Shown here: positions 1 through 13,713 of the stretch, piece by piece
Position numbering within the stretch: position 1 is the stretch's first letter
Layout of the letters: every line of letters begins with the position of its first letter
Source: Octopus vulgaris
Lineage: Eukaryota
Length of the DNA stretch: 64,000 nucleotides
Reading direction: 5' to 3'
Assembly (NCBI GenBank): GCA_951406725.2
Contig: OX597824.1
Location: 83,452,001 to 83,516,000, forward strand
Position numbers and translations under genes: made by a program
Notes under the pieces: model-generated
Told to the model about the DNA's origin: nothing
The model's input: only the letters and a program-made list of their open reading frames with translations
Databases searched by the model: none

Positions 1-535
1 TGGGGTCAATGTAATCGACTAGTCCCCTCACACCAAATCTGAGGCCTTGTGCCTTTAGTAGAAAGGATTATTATTATTATTAAGGCAGGAAGCTGGCAGT
101 CGTTAGCACACCAGACAAACTGGAGAGCTGCACCAGGTTCCAGTCTAATTTGGCTTGGTTTCTATGGCTAGATGCCCTTCCTAATGCCAACCACTTTACA
201 ATGTGTGCTGGGTGCTCTTATCGTGGTACTGTATGAGCGCTTATGTGTGACACCAGCATGAGGACTCTTGCAGGCCAACCTTCCTCACCAGAGGGAGAGC
301 CTTAACACTTCTGCGGTTGAGGACGGGTCTTTTTGAATGCAGCAAGGTGGCAGATATCTCGGTCCTTTGTCATCTTGTCTGAAAGGTTCAGCATTCTGAT
401 GTTGTCCTTCAGTATTTGGTCCAAATGATGAAAATGTTTATCTTTCTTTAATTGATTACAAATTACAAATGGAGTGAGTGGAGCAAGAACACACACGGAA
501 GCAAAAAGATTACAAATTAATTTTTCCAATTCCAG

Positions 536-618
536 ATTTGAATCAAGTGGTGATAAAGTGAGTGAAGAGTTATTGATGCTCATGGCAGAATTCCTCTTCA
601 GAGTCAACAGAAAAACAG
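536..618 (+). CDS. LRPPRC: LRPPRC/bsf-like protein, internal exon A (gene starts upstream of window)
   Basis: ttccag|...aaacag|gtaag; reads FESSGDKVSEELLMLMAEFLFRVNRKT; ends phase 1, matching the next exon. Confidence 0.7.
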
Positions 619-1758
619 GTAAGAAAATTTATTAGCCATATTTCTATTTAATCCTTTAACATACATATTCCTCTGTCAAATATAATGCTTCATCATCATC
701 ATTTAACATCCGCTTTCCATGCTAGCCTGGGTTGACCGATTTGACTGAGGTCTGGCAAACCAGATGCCTACACCAGGCTCCAATCTGATCTGGCAGAGTT
801 TCTACTGCTGGATGCCCTTCCTAATGCCAACCACTCCAAGAGTGTAGTGGGTGCTTTTATGTGACACCTGCATGAGGGCCAGTCTGGCGTTACTGGCAAC
901 GGCCACACTCAAAATGGTGTTTTTTATGTGCCACCTGCACAGGAGTCAGTCTAGCGGCACAGGCAATAACCCCGCTCAAATGTTTTGTTCGTGTGCCAAT
1001 AAGGCGACACTGGCAACGATCATACTCAAATGGTGCTTTTTACGTGCCACCAGCATGGAAGCCAGACAGCTGCTCTGGCAGTGATCCCGCTTGGATGGAG
1101 CTGTTAGCGCTCCACTGGCACGGGTGCCAGTCATCGAATTTGGTTCAATTTCGATTTCACTTGCCCCAACAGGTCTTCGCAAGCAGAGTTTGGTGTCCAA
1201 TGAAGGGAGGTTGGCATGGGTGCTAGTCATCAAATTTGGTTCGATTTTGAATTCAAATTCATATTGAGAAGACTTATCAAGCCAAGTGAAATCGTAGTTG
1301 TGGCTGATACTAGTGTCGTGTAACAGGCACACGTACTGATGGCTTGTAAAAAACACCATTCGAATGTTGGGCCTCAAGTGACCGAGATCTTTGACAATAA
1401 ACCATGCTTGAGAAGACTCATCAAGCCAAGTAAGATGGTAGTTGTAACCAGTGCCAGTGTTATGTAACTGGCACCCATGCCAGTGGCACATAAAAAGCAC
1501 CCACTACACTCTTGGAATGGTTGGCATTAGGAAAAACATCCAGCCATAGAAACCATGCAAAATCAGATTAAAACATGGTGCAGCTCCCCAGCTTATTAGT
1601 TTTTCAGACAAACTGTCCATTGCATTATCTTGTAGCTTTAAGATTTCGATGATCTGGTTGTTTATTTTTAGAATGACATTGTAGGGTAGGTATGAGAGGC
1701 CAGATCTGGTCAGTTTGAACAATAAGCATTTATATCTGTGTGTCTTATATTTGCTCAG

Positions 1759-1888
1759 ATCTCGGTTGGGTTTTACAAGAGTTAGGAAGCCGTGGCTCTG
1801 TTGAAAATCTGCTGCTGCTGAAATCAAAAGGTATCGACACAGGAAATGATATTGTCAGCAAGAACGTCTTCTCAGCCTATGTAGTCAG
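1759..1888 (+). CDS. LRPPRC: LRPPRC/bsf-like protein, exon B
   Basis: gctcag|...gtcag|gtaag; (D)LGWVLQELGSRGSVENLLLLKSKGIDTGNDIVSKNVFSAYVV(S); phase 1 to 2. Confidence 0.75.
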
Positions 1889-2122
1889 GTAAGCTTTCTG
1901 TCATCTTTATTCTACTTGTTTCAGTCATTTGACTGCAGTCAAGCTCCTTGAAGGGTTGTAGTCAAAGAAATTGACCCCTGTACCTTTTTTTTTTGTTTTG
2001 TTTTAAGCCTGGCTCTTATTCTGTCTTTCCCATTTGCTGAACTACTAAGTTATGGGGATATAAACAAATTAACACTGGTTGTCATGCGGTTGGGAGGACA
2101 GACAGAAACACAAAGACACACA

Positions 2123-2530
2123 TCATCATCATCATTGTTCGACCGTGGTCGAGACAATGGAATTTACCATGCTACGCCAGACTTCACGGTCCATCATGGC
2201 ATTACAGAGGTCCTGTTGCTGGATGCCTGTATCCCTGGAGATTACATCAGGGTAGGAGAGTGTGCGCCCTCTGGTATTGCGAGCAGATGGCTTCCAGAGG
2301 AGAAGAGTAGAAATTACCTCGTTTTCAGCTCTACAACAATGTCCAGCAAACTGGACTCTCCTACCTTTCACAAGAGATGATACAGGTGGTAGTTTCCCAT
2401 ATATTTGCATTTTGGTTGGATGACGCTTCCACAAGAGATTTTGAGCTCTCATAATGACAAAGACACACACACACACACGACGGGCTTTATCAGTTCCTGT
2501 CCACCAGATCCCCTCACAAATCATTGTTTG
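2123..2530 (-). mobile_element. 3' fragment of a second RTE-like LINE family
   Basis: RRVQFAGHC...LLWKPS...DLCNAMMDREVWR followed by a (GAT)n tail; second copy at about 46405-46600 on +. Confidence 0.75.
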
Positions 2531-3533
2531 GCCTGGGGCTATAGTAGAAAACACTTGTCCATGATACCATGCAGTGTTTTCTCTTTCTATTTTTTCAGAT
2601 TCCACTATTTCTGTTTCTTTCATTGTCTTCTCTTCTCCTCTTTCCCTCTGTATATATATATGTGGATGCGCAATGGCCCAGTGGTTAGGGCAGCGGACTC
2701 GCGGTTTCGATTCCCAGACCGGGCGTTGTGAGTGCTTATTGAGCGAAAACACCTAAGCTCTACGAGGCTCCGGCAGGGGATGGTGGTGATCCCTGCTGTA
2801 CTCTTTCACCACAACTTTCTCTCACTCTTACTTTCTGTTTCTGTTGTACCTGTATTTCAAGGGGCCGGCCTTGTCACTCTCTGTGTCACGCTGAATATCC
2901 CCAAGAACTACGTTAAGGGTGCACGTGTCTGTGGAGTGCTCAGCTACTTACACGTTAATTTCACGAGCAGGCTGTTCCGTTGATTCGGATCAACCGGAAC
3001 CCTCATCGTCGTAAGCGACGGAGAGCTTCCCACATATATCATCATCATCATCATTGTTTAACGTCCGCTTTCCATGCTAGCATGGGTCGGACGATTTGAC
3101 TGAGAGGTCTGGTGAACCAGATGGCTGCACCAGACTCCAATCTTGATCTGGCAGAGTTTCTACAGCTGGATGCCCTTCCTAACGCCAACCACTCCAAGAG
3201 TGTAGTGAGTGCTTTTACATGCCACCGGCACAAGGGCCAGTCAAGCGGTACTGGCAACGACCTTGCTCGAATCTTTTTACATATGCCACCGGCACAGGTG
3301 CCAGTAAGGCGATGCTGGTAACAATCACGCTCGAATATGCCTTTTACATGCCACTGGCACTGAAGCCAGTTAGCCGCTCTGGCAACGATCATGCTTGGAT
3401 GGTGCTCTTAGCACCCTACTAGCACGGAGCACAAGTACCAGTAAGGTGATATATATATATCTTCATTCAAGTTATTACATTCCTTGATGTAATACATGGA
3501 CAAAACAACCAGGCTGCAGGAACAAGCAGAATA

Positions 3534-3573
<40 letters not shown>

Positions 3574-3590
3574 TAATAATAATAATAATA

Positions 3591-4160
3591 AATGCCCTGA
3601 TGCAGTACCAGGCAGTGGCTCTCATGGCTTCTGATCTTAACTGATTGGAAGTGTTATCATGTACATTGTTTTGTCTTGGTATAAAAGATGGGCTACAGCA
3701 AATATTCTGCTCAATACCACAGATTTGCTTGTCAGTTGTTTGACCTTAACCAGTTGAGCATGTCCCTTAGTGGCTGACGATATGTGCATCTCTGATCACG
3801 AGCAGAAGTAGTGGGGGAGCATCATAGCCATGTGTTGAGAGGGATTCTTTGGGGTTTAAATAATTCACCTCTGGAAACATGGGTGTTTCATTTAACATCC
3901 TTAAATAACTCTTATTCAAGGACCTCTTGAGTGGGATGGGTTACTCGACCAGAAGAAAATTCTAACTGGGCCCCACCTGCAAGGTCATGTGCTGTTTATC
4001 TTCATATGAGATCACCATGTCGCGCACATATAGTTGTGATGCATGTGCCTAGTGTACCCTTATCAGACGGGTAGTCATGATGGGTATACTGGGCTTCGTA
4101 TATTTTACCCCAGTGTCACTTTGATGGCATGCACTGCTCTCTCACTCAATAATAATAATA
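3591..4160 (+). mobile_element. about 560-bp non-coding interspersed repeat flanked by (AAT)n
   Basis: highly similar copies at about 10404-10965, 26258-26800, 61671-62229(-) and partial 56958-57045. Confidence 0.85.
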
Positions 4161-4275
4161 ATGGTGATGATGATGATGATAAATTTCTAGAGTGAAAAAT
4201 GTGAGAAAGTTGGTACTTTCTCTTGTTGTTGTAGTGTAAACCTTTGATCTGACCTGTTTTACTATTATTTCACAG

Positions 4276-4394
4276 TGATCGTTCCGATGAACTATTGGAG
4301 TTTCTGGGGAAAAACCCTGATATGATCAACAGTTTTATTTCTGTAAAAGGCATGGCACACCTAAAAGAGAAAGACCCAGAAAAATTAGTGAAAC
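4276..4394 (+). CDS. LRPPRC: LRPPRC/bsf-like protein, exon C
   Basis: tttcacag|...aaac|gtgagt; DRSDELLEFLGKNPDMINSFISVKGMAHLKEKDPEKLVK; phase 2 to 1. Confidence 0.75.
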
Positions 4395-5839
4395 GTGAGT
4401 TAATTTTCCTTCTTGCTTGATTCATCATTTTCTTCTGCTAACTCTCTTTTTTTGTGTTTTATGTGAATATACAAAGTTGTTGAGCCTAAAGGGCAGTCTT
4501 GATCCAACAGGTTTAATCCCCAAAACACATTCTAGCTGTGAACATTCCTGCTTTTGTCAGTTGTAGTGTTATATGGTACTTCGTTGGTTACGGTGATGTG
4601 TGTACCAGTTGATCTGACCAACAGAACAGCCTGCTCATGAAATTAACTGGGCCTGATGAAGCCTTCTGGCTTCACAGACCCCAGTAGAACCGTCCAACCC
4701 ATGCTAGCATGGAAAACGGACGCTAAACGATGATGATGATGATGATGATGAAGTGGCTGAGCGCTTCACAAACACATACCTATTTCTTTACTACCCACAA
4801 GGGGCTAAACACAGAGTGGACAAACAAGGACAGACAAACGGATTAAGTCGATTATATCGACCCCAGTGTGTAACTGGTACTTATTTAATCGACCCCGAAA
4901 GGATGAAAGGTAAAGTCGACCTCGGCGGAATTTGAACTCAGAACGTAACGGCAGACGAAATATGGCTACGCATTTCGCCCGGCATGTTAACGTTTCTGCC
5001 AGCTTGCCACCCACAAACACATACCCTTGACATAGTTCTCAGTGAGATTCAGCTTGACAAAGTTGGTCCTTTGAGTTACAGGTACAACTCATTCTTGGCT
5101 GCTGAGTGGACTGGAGCAATGTCAAATATAAAAGGACGTGCTCAAGGATACAATATGTTGCCGGGAATTGAACTCACGATTCTATGATCATAAGCCAAAT
5201 ACCCTAACCACTAAGCCATGTGCTGGTGTATTGAGGACTATGTTATCTTGTTGAACACCAGGTCGGTCCTCTTTCAACAAAGCTTTGATCCAGCATGTTC
5301 CGTCTGTTATCATTCCTAGTCAAATATAGTTATTGGTTAGCCCACATTACTCCATAAGGAGCATAGGGTCAGTTTCACATCCTCCCAGTTTTGAAGCTAC
5401 AAAATATTGCATGATTTACCATTTTGTTACCATTTTCCTGCTGAAATACTCACCCTTAATTTTGAAATTAATGAAAAATTATAGTAAAAATAATTTTGTC
5501 CTCATTAAGCTGATGTTTAGAACATAAATTAAAATTCAATTTTAATTGGAAATTTTAATTTTAACTCTTTAGTTTTCACACTGGTCATACCAGGCCCAAA
5601 TATTCTACCTGTTTTATATTCAAACTGACTAGATCAGACCTCTCACACCTACCCTTCAGTGTCAATCACATCATTGAAATTTCAAAGCTACGAGATAATG
5701 TCTGATAAATTCAAAACAGCGTGAATAAATAAGCATTACATATGACTAAATAATCTGAAAACTAAAGGATTAAGTCACTTTAAAAGAACATTCAACCACT
5801 TCACGTGCTAAATTCTCTCTTTTCTTTTTTCTTCTCTAG

Positions 5840-5955
5840 TTGAAGAACTTGCTTATAGATGTGAGCCAAGAACAAAAAAATCAATTCTTTGGAATATTTG
5901 GCAGACACATTTCTTGGAAAATCCTTATAGTTCTTCTGCATCAGTTATTTTAGAG
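5840..5955 (+). CDS. LRPPRC: LRPPRC/bsf-like protein, exon D
   Basis: long pyrimidine tract, ctctag|...gag|gtaag; (L)EELAYRCEPRTKKSILWNIWQTHFLENPYSSSASVILE; phase 1 to 0. Confidence 0.75.
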
Positions 5956-6897
5956 GTAAGTTCTTGCTACATTAAGATACAAAGGATTCTAGCTTTTTTT
6001 TTTTTTTACTCTAAGAGTTGGATTAGAGACTTGTGAAATGATGATTAGGTCCAGACAAATTGATTTTTAAAGTTTAGGTTTTATGCTACAAGTCACCAGA
6101 AAAAGAAATATTTTTATTCTACCTGACTTGCTTACAGATGCAAACCAAGAGCCAAAAGCTAATCCTTTGGATTATTTGGCAGACACATCATCATCGTTGA
6201 TGTGTCCTGAAGGAGTTTTGCTGTTCAGCCCTGAGTCAGCTTTCGGTTAAATTCAAATTTTTGCACAAGCCCAGAAATTGTGGGAGAGGGGGTAAGTTGA
6301 TTACATTAACCCCAGTGATTGGTGATCAAGTGGTACTTTTGAACTTAGAACATGAGGATGGATGAAATGCGAGATGCTGCTCAGCATTTCGTCTGGTATA
6401 CTAATGATTCTGCCAGCTCACTGCCTTACCAATAATAATAATAATAACAAATTTTTTGTAGTAGTAGCATCCAGCAATAATAATAACAAGAGCCCTCAGA
6501 GAGCGCAAACCTCCGCTAAGGCAACACCAACATCCTCTCAATGATTAGCTGGAGATGATTTTTAAAATGAGAATATCTGAAATAAACTTGACTGCTCTCA
6601 CAAACGAGAATACTAAAAATGAACCCGACCACTCTCAAAGATTAAGTTAAAAAAACTGGAAAAATAATCCAGAATCCATGTCCGGTGCTGGATCGATCCC
6701 CAAACCTAGTCAGTTCATGCCAGTCATGAGGCCAAACATCCCTGAAAATCTCATCCAAATCCATCCAGCGGTTCTTGCGATATCTTGTCCACGGACAAAC
6801 AAACCAACACGACTGAAAACAATACCTCTGCCTTTGCTAAGGCGGAAGTAATAATGTTTTTGTTTTCTTAAATTTTTTTCTTTGTTTCTTGTTTCAG

Positions 6898-6966
6898 AGA
6901 AATTCTGATTTACTCCAAAATTCCAGTATCTTAGGTCTGTGCAGGAAAGCAGTGCAAGAAAAGCGA
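6898..6966 (+). CDS. LRPPRC: LRPPRC/bsf-like protein, exon E
   Basis: gtttcag|...cga|gtaagt; RNSDLLQNSSILGLCRKAVQEKR; phase 0 to 0. Confidence 0.75.
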
Positions 6967-7302
6967 GTAAGTGATTCCTTTCAATACCTTCTCTTTCCAG
7001 CTGTTACTACTGTTGTTGAAACCCAGCTCAACTCCAGCTACCTTTTTAGGACTAGATAGGACTACATTATTTAATGTCCCATCTGTGATCTGACACAAGA
7101 TTTACTTGCTATTACTAGCAAGTTCAGTGGCCATGTAGTAGCTTCCTACCATGTTTCATTACTTTGAATGTAGATGTAGCTTTTGTTTAGCCCTGGGTAG
7201 GTTGGTTCTGATACAGCAAATCTACAATCAAAAGCATTTAAGCAATGACCATATCAAGTTTCTCCTGTCATTGGTGCATCCAGGATCACATTAGTCAATG
7301 TG

Positions 7303-7785
7303 TAACGTAAATCCTCGAGTATAGTCTGCCCTTGAGTATAATACACAGGGGATTTTTAGGAGGCTGTACCTCCGAAAAACCTAAACCTTGTGTATAATAC
7401 ACACTCCTTCTCTAACTTGAGTCAAGGAGGTCTGTATAACATCCTTGGTTTGTAAAAATGTATACGGTAACGTCCTTTATTATTATTGTTTATATAACAT
7501 AATGCAAACATGTAGCTTTTTTGTGCATTTTGTTTGCAGAAAATAAAGAAATAACTGTAGTAACGTGTAATAAATGTTGCTAACTGCAAGTTATGGATGA
7601 TTTAATGTATTTTCGCACCCGACATCACAAAATGCATCTGAATAAACATTGCCGGACAGCAAATAGAGATTTGGACATTGCTTAGAAAATAAATTTCATT
7701 TTTAACCTCGTATATAGTATTTACTAGGGATTTTGACCTTTAAATTTTGGGGAAAAATGCGGATTATACTCGAGGATTTATGGTA
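7303..7785. mobile_element. pogo/Tigger-like MITE
   Basis: terminal inverted repeats cgtaaatcctcgagtatagtctgc / gcggattatactcgaggatttatg. Confidence 0.7.
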
Positions 7786-10226
7786 ATTTTTTTCAAGTTG
7801 TAATTTGTTGTAGACTTAATTGCCATTTCTCTCAGTGGGAGTGACTGCATAGAGGCTATCTCCTGTAACTGAAGGCACATGTAATTAGATTCCTGGTGAT
7901 GCTTTGTGTCCTTGGGCAAATTACTTTATTTCATGTTGCTCCAGTCCACTCAGCTGGCAAAAATAAGTTGTACTTTTTAATTCAAAGGGTCAGCTTTATC
8001 ACACTCTTTGTCATGCTGAATTTCCCTGAAAACTATGTTATGGGTATGCATGTATCTTGCTGCCTCCTCCTTGGAAAAAGTTGCTCATGCCCGACCTAGC
8101 TGTTAACGCTTTCGTTACCAACCTGGCTGAAACCGGCTCTGGTTCTACAAATGTCTTGTTTTCATAAATTTTGAATTAAAATCTTCCACCAAACCTTAGT
8201 CACAAGTTATGTTCCTAACACTAGCTTAATGATAACTAAGTTCTTTTACTAAATTCTTTGTTATATTTAAAATTAATTGAAAGAAACACAGAGCACCTCA
8301 AAATAAATACGGTAACAAAAGGGTTAACAAGCTGCCTGGGTCAACCATTGTCACTGCCTCCTAAGGTGTCTTTGATACAGTTCATATGGTTACAAGTATA
8401 TGGACTAAAAAACTAGGTTGTCTCCCTTGGAAGTAGGTCCACCAAACTTGAAACTCTTAACTTCATTTATGACACAGTATCATACCTATTTCTTTACTAC
8501 CCACAAGGGGCTAAACACAGAGAGGACAAACAAGGACAGACAAATGGATTAAGTTTATTATATCGACCCCAGTGCGTAACTGGTACTTATTTAATTGACC
8601 CTGAAAGGATGAAAGGCAAGGTTGACCTCGGCGGAATTTGAACTCAGAACGTAACGGCAGACAAAAAACCGCTAAGCATTTCGCCCGGCGTGCTAACGTT
8701 TCTGCCAGCTCGCCACCTTATGACACACTATCATATCATGTAACTACATCAATGAGTTAGTCCTAAAACGCACAATATCTGAGGAATTTAGTACAACGTT
8801 ATTTATATTTATTTTGAAGGATGTAAGGAAATCAAAATCAAAATCGATCAACATTATTGGAAATTGTAGCTGTGATATCAGTGCCGGTGGCACATAAGAG
8901 AACCATCCAAACGTGGCCATTGCCAGCGCCGCCCCAACTGGCCTCCATGCCGGTGGCATGTAAAGAGCACCATCCGATCGTGGCCGTTTGCCAGCCTCGT
9001 CTGGCACGTAAAAAGCACCCACTACTCTGTGTGGTTGGCGTTAGGAAGGGCATCCAGCCGTAGAAACATTGCCAGATCAGACTGGGCCTGGTGCAGCCTT
9101 CTGGCTTCCCAGACCCCAGTTGAACCGTCCAACCCATGATAGCATGGAAAGCGGACGCTAAACGATGATGATGATGTAAGGAACTTGGAAGAAAATTTTA
9201 ATGTCACTCTTTATTGTTTATATCTGTTCTGTTAAGAAATCCTTACAGGACTAGGTTTGTCCCTTAGAAAATTTTCAGCACCATTTTAAAGTACCTGTGC
9301 TGGTGCCACATTAAAAAACACCTCTGCTGGTGTCATGTAAAATGCATCCAGTACACTTTTTCAAGTGGTTGGCATTAGGAAGGGCATTCAGCCATAGAAT
9401 CCATGCCAAGGCTGACAACTGGAGTTTGGTGCAGCTCTCCAGATTGCCAGTCATCATCCTGCCCCTTTTCCACCTACTCCATGTTTTCTCATGGGGCAAG
9501 TTGGCAGAATAGTTAGAGTGTCAGAAAAAAACATGCTTTGTTGTATTTGTAACTAGCTCATTGCATTTTGAGTTCAAATACCACTGTAATCAATTTTGAT
9601 TTTCATCTTTCCATGGTTGATTTAATTGATTAACCTCCATCTGCCAAATTTCAGTCCATGTGCCCATGTGAGAAACAATTATTATTATTATTATTATTAC
9701 AAAGTAGAGAAGGTGGCAAGCTGGCAGAATCATTAACACACCAGGCAAAATGCTTAGTGGCATTTCGTCTACCATTCTGTTCTGAGTTCAAATTCCGCTG
9801 AGGTCAACTTTGCCTTTCATCCTTTTGGGGTTGATAGATTAACTACCAGTGGAATGTGTGTGTGTGTGAGGGGATGTAATCGAATAGTCCCTTCCTGCAA
9901 AACTTCAGGCTTTGTGCCTTTAGTAGAAAGTATTATTACAAAGTAGATATATTCATTTCTACTCTAGGCACAAGACCCGAAAGTTTTGCTGAAAGGGCCA
10001 GTTGATTAGAACTACCCCAGTATGCAACTGATACTTAATTTATCGACCCTGAGAAAATGAAAGGCAAAAGTCAACCAGAGCAGAATCTACAAAATAGATT
10101 TATTGGTAGATAGATGATGATGATGATGATGATTGGTGCGATGATGTTAGTCATACTGATGATGATTAGTAACTATGTTGGTGATAATGGTGATGCTATA
10201 TCTTTTTTTTTTATTCCCATCTACAG

Positions 10227-10311
10227 GAAGATGTCTTTAAGGTGTTGCCAACCATATTTACACAACTCCCAACTTTGAGGTTCATCTATGGTCAACATTT
10301 GTTCATTCCTG
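10227..10311 (+). CDS. LRPPRC: LRPPRC/bsf-like protein, exon F
   Basis: ctacag|...cctg|gtaag; EDVFKVLPTIFTQLPTLRFIYGQHLFIP; phase 0 to 1. Confidence 0.75.
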
Positions 10312-11757
10312 GTAAGTTTGCATTGACAATAAGAAAAGGAATAAGAAATAGTTAAAAAAAAAACACTAACAAACTAACAACACTAATAATAATAATAATA
10401 ATAAATTCCCTGATGCAGTACCAGACAGTGGCTCTCATGGCTTCTGATCTTAACTGATTGGAAGTGTTATCATGTACATTGTTTTGTCTTGGTATAAAAG
10501 ATGGGCTACAGCAAATATTCTGCTCAATACCACAGATTTGCTTGTCAGTTGTTTGACCTTAACCAGTTGAGCATGTCCCTTAGTGGCTGACGATATGAGC
10601 ATCTCTGATCATGAGCAGAAGTAGTGGGAGAGCATCATAGCCATGTGTTGAGAGGGATTTCTTGGGGTTTGAATAATTCACCTCTGGAAACATGGGTGTT
10701 TCATTCAACATCCTTAAACAACCCTTAATCAGGGACCTTTTGAGCAGGATGGGTTACTCGACCAGAAGAAAATTCTAACTGGACTCCGCCTGCAAGGTCA
10801 TGCGCTGTTTATCTTGATATGAGATCACCATGTCGCGCACATATGGTTGTGATGCATGTGCCTAGTATACCCTTATCAGACGGGTAGTCATGATGGGTAT
10901 ACTGGGCTTCGTATATTTTACTCTAGTGTCACTTTGATGGCATGCACTGTTCTCGCAATAATAATAATGGTGATGATGATGATATATGTTGTAAGATATA
11001 TGAACATTGAGACTCTGGTTCAATCTTAGTTTGTTGCTGGACTGTGAGTAGTGTTTTAGTCATGTTAGTTCAATGAAGTAGATAAAAAGAGTAAAGACCC
11101 TCTTTGGTCATGAATGACCATCGGATTGTGCCTAGAAAGTTAAGTTCTGAGGCACAAGTCTGGGTAAGGTTGTTTATGGAAGACCAGCAGTCGCCCATGC
11201 ATACCAACCTCTCCTCTCTGATGTTGTCCGAGGGAAAGGCAAAGGTTGATACAGTTTGGCACCTGTGACGTTGCAACTCGTTTCTACAGCTGAGTGAACT
11301 GATGCAATCTGAAATAAAGTGTCTTGCTCAAGAACACAACATACAGCGTGGCACCTTGGGCAAGTGTCTTCCACTATAGCCTCGGGCTGACCAAAGCCTT
11401 GTGAGTGGATTTGGTAGACGAAAACTGAAAGTAGCACGTTGTGTATATGTAAATATACATATGTATGTGTGTGTGTGTATACGTTTGTGTGTCTGTGTTT
11501 GTCTCCCCAACATTGCTTGATAACCAATGATGGTATGTTTACGTCCCCGTAACTTAGTGGTTCGGCAAAAGAGACTGATAGAATAATTAGTAGGCTTACA
11601 AAGAATAAGTCCTGGGGACGATTTGCTCGACTAAAGGCGGTGCTCCAGCATGGCCACAGTCAAATGACTGAAACAAGTAGAAGAGTAATAAAATGTGAAA
11701 ATCAGACTAAATTGGAATTTCATTGATTAATATATATATAATTATCTTTTTGTATAG

Positions 11758-11900
11758 TTTCACAAGGTGATGTGGAAGGTAGTTTGGCTATCATCAAAAC
11801 CGCTGAAGAAAAGGGAATTCCTGCAACGGGTCTAAATCAAAATTCTGTGGCTCAGCTTGAAGCCCTATTGAAGAGAAAGCAAATCCCTATACCATGGAAG
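11758..11900 (+). CDS. LRPPRC: LRPPRC/bsf-like protein, exon G
   Basis: tgtatag|...aag|gtaag; (V)SQGDVEGSLAIIKTAEEKGIPATGLNQNSVAQLEALLKRKQIPIPWK resembles, from memory, the C-terminal PPR-like repeat and LLKxxGxPVPF end of LRPPRC/bsf. The exon is solid; the gene name is moderately certain. Confidence 0.7.
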
Positions 11901-12078
11901 GTAAGTACATGTGAAATACTTAAATTTTCTACTGTTCCTCTCTAAGGGGATCTTGTGCCTGTTATTTGATACCATTGTAAGCATGAACTGGTAGGGGTCA
12001 TTCACATCATCACTGTAGGTGTGGTAAAGAGTTTATTGTATAATAATGAAATTATTGTATACAGTGCCTATTGTATAT

Positions 12079-12244
12079 AGGCGCAGGAGTGGCTGTGTGG
12101 TAAGTAGCTTGCTAACCAACCACATGGTTCCGGGTTCAGTCCCACTGCGTGGCATCTTGGGCAAGTGTCTTCTGCTATAGCCCCAGGCCGACCAATGCCT
12201 TGTGAGTGGATTTGGTAGACAGAAACTGAAAGAAGCCTGTCGTA

Positions 12245-12303
<59 letters not shown>

Positions 12304-12565
12304 TTGTGTGTCTGTGTTTGTCCCCCTAGCATTGCTTGACAACCGATGCTGGTGTGTGTTTGTGTGTCTGTGTTTGTCCCCCTAGCATTGCTTGACAACC
12401 GATGCTGGTGTGTTTACGTCCCCGTCACTTAGCGGTTCAGCAAAAGAGACCGATAGAATAAGTACTAGGCTTACAAAGAATAAGTCCCGGGGTCGATTTG
12501 TTTGACTAAAGGCGGTACTCCAGCATGGCCGCAGTCAAAATGACTGAAACAAGTAAAAGAGAGTA
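12079..12565 (+). mobile_element. tRNA-derived CORE-type SINE with internal (TA/TG)n, representative full-length copy
   Basis: A/B box-like head tggctgtgtgg...ggttcagtccc and CORE-like cttgggcaagt; other copies at about 11345-11690, 19300-19760, 30047-30441(-), 40990-41388(-), 44880-45232(-) and 48213-48623(-). Confidence 0.85.
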
Positions 12566-13713
12566 AAGAGAGTGCTCAGGTGCACCACAACTTGTCAAAA
12601 GTGCGTATAAAGTACATGCAGTAATGTAGAAATGTCTGGAAAGCGAACAATGTATGAGCCAGATACATGCTTGTGTGTGTATGGAGGGGAGAAAATCGGG
12701 TGTAGTGTTGGCGAATCTCAGGAAGCATGGAAGTTTTGAAGGATGCAGTGCTCCGACAACTAACAACTGATGCTGGCAGTTTGTTCCATGCTTCAGCAAC
12801 TCTTAGCGTGAAAAATATATGTGTACAATATATCTTGATTTAGTAGTGTGTTTGTGTGTGTGTGTGTGTGTTTATATGTCTATATATGCCTATGTATGCG
12901 AATGACTGAAGACAGTTATATCAAAATATGTCAATCTCTAATTGTTACGGGAACATGTGGCAGGGGTACACCCAGGAAGATGTGGGATAAAGTGGTAAAA
13001 AAGGATCTACAGTTGTTGGGACTCACAGGGGGGATGGCAGGGGACCAAGACCCTTGGCAGTTTGCTGTGCTTGAAAATACATGTCAAGCTAAGCAAATGT
13101 GTGGTTGTCCTTGCATACAGGCTTGCCCCCTGCTGCCTTCCCCAACTGAGCATTCCTAATCTTGCAAGCTCATAGGTGCTGGTCCCATGTAAAATGCACC
13201 TGTGCCAGTGCTGTGTATGAGCACCCCAGTACACTCTGTAAAGTTGTTGGTGTTAGGTATCCCACCATAAAAACCTACCAAAACTGACAGGGAGCCTGAA
13301 TGTCCCTTCAGCTTGTCAGCTCCTGTTAACCCATCCAACCAATGCCAGCATGGAAAACGGACATTAAATGATGATGATGATGATGATATGTATATATAAT
13401 AGACATTAAAATTAAAAAAAATTTTTTAAATTTAAAAAATATTTGAAATGGCAGAAAGGTTAGCACACTGGGCGAAATGTGTAGCTGTATTTTGTCTGCC
13501 ATTACATTCTGGGTTCAAATTCCGCCGAGGTCGACTTTGCCTTTCATCCTTTCAGGGTGGATAAATTAAGTACCAGTTACGCACTGGGGTCGATGTAATT
13601 GACTTAATCCATTTGTCTGTCCTTGTTTGTCCCCTCTATGTTTAGCCCCTTGTGGGTAGTAAAGAAATATATATATATATATATAACAGACATTTTTTCA
13701 TTTTGTTCCACAG

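Noticed and set aside
2665-2730. tRNA-like sequences here and at 12079, 20170, 49335 and 58230
   Set aside because: They are SINE heads that continue into repeat bodies, with no complete cloverleaf
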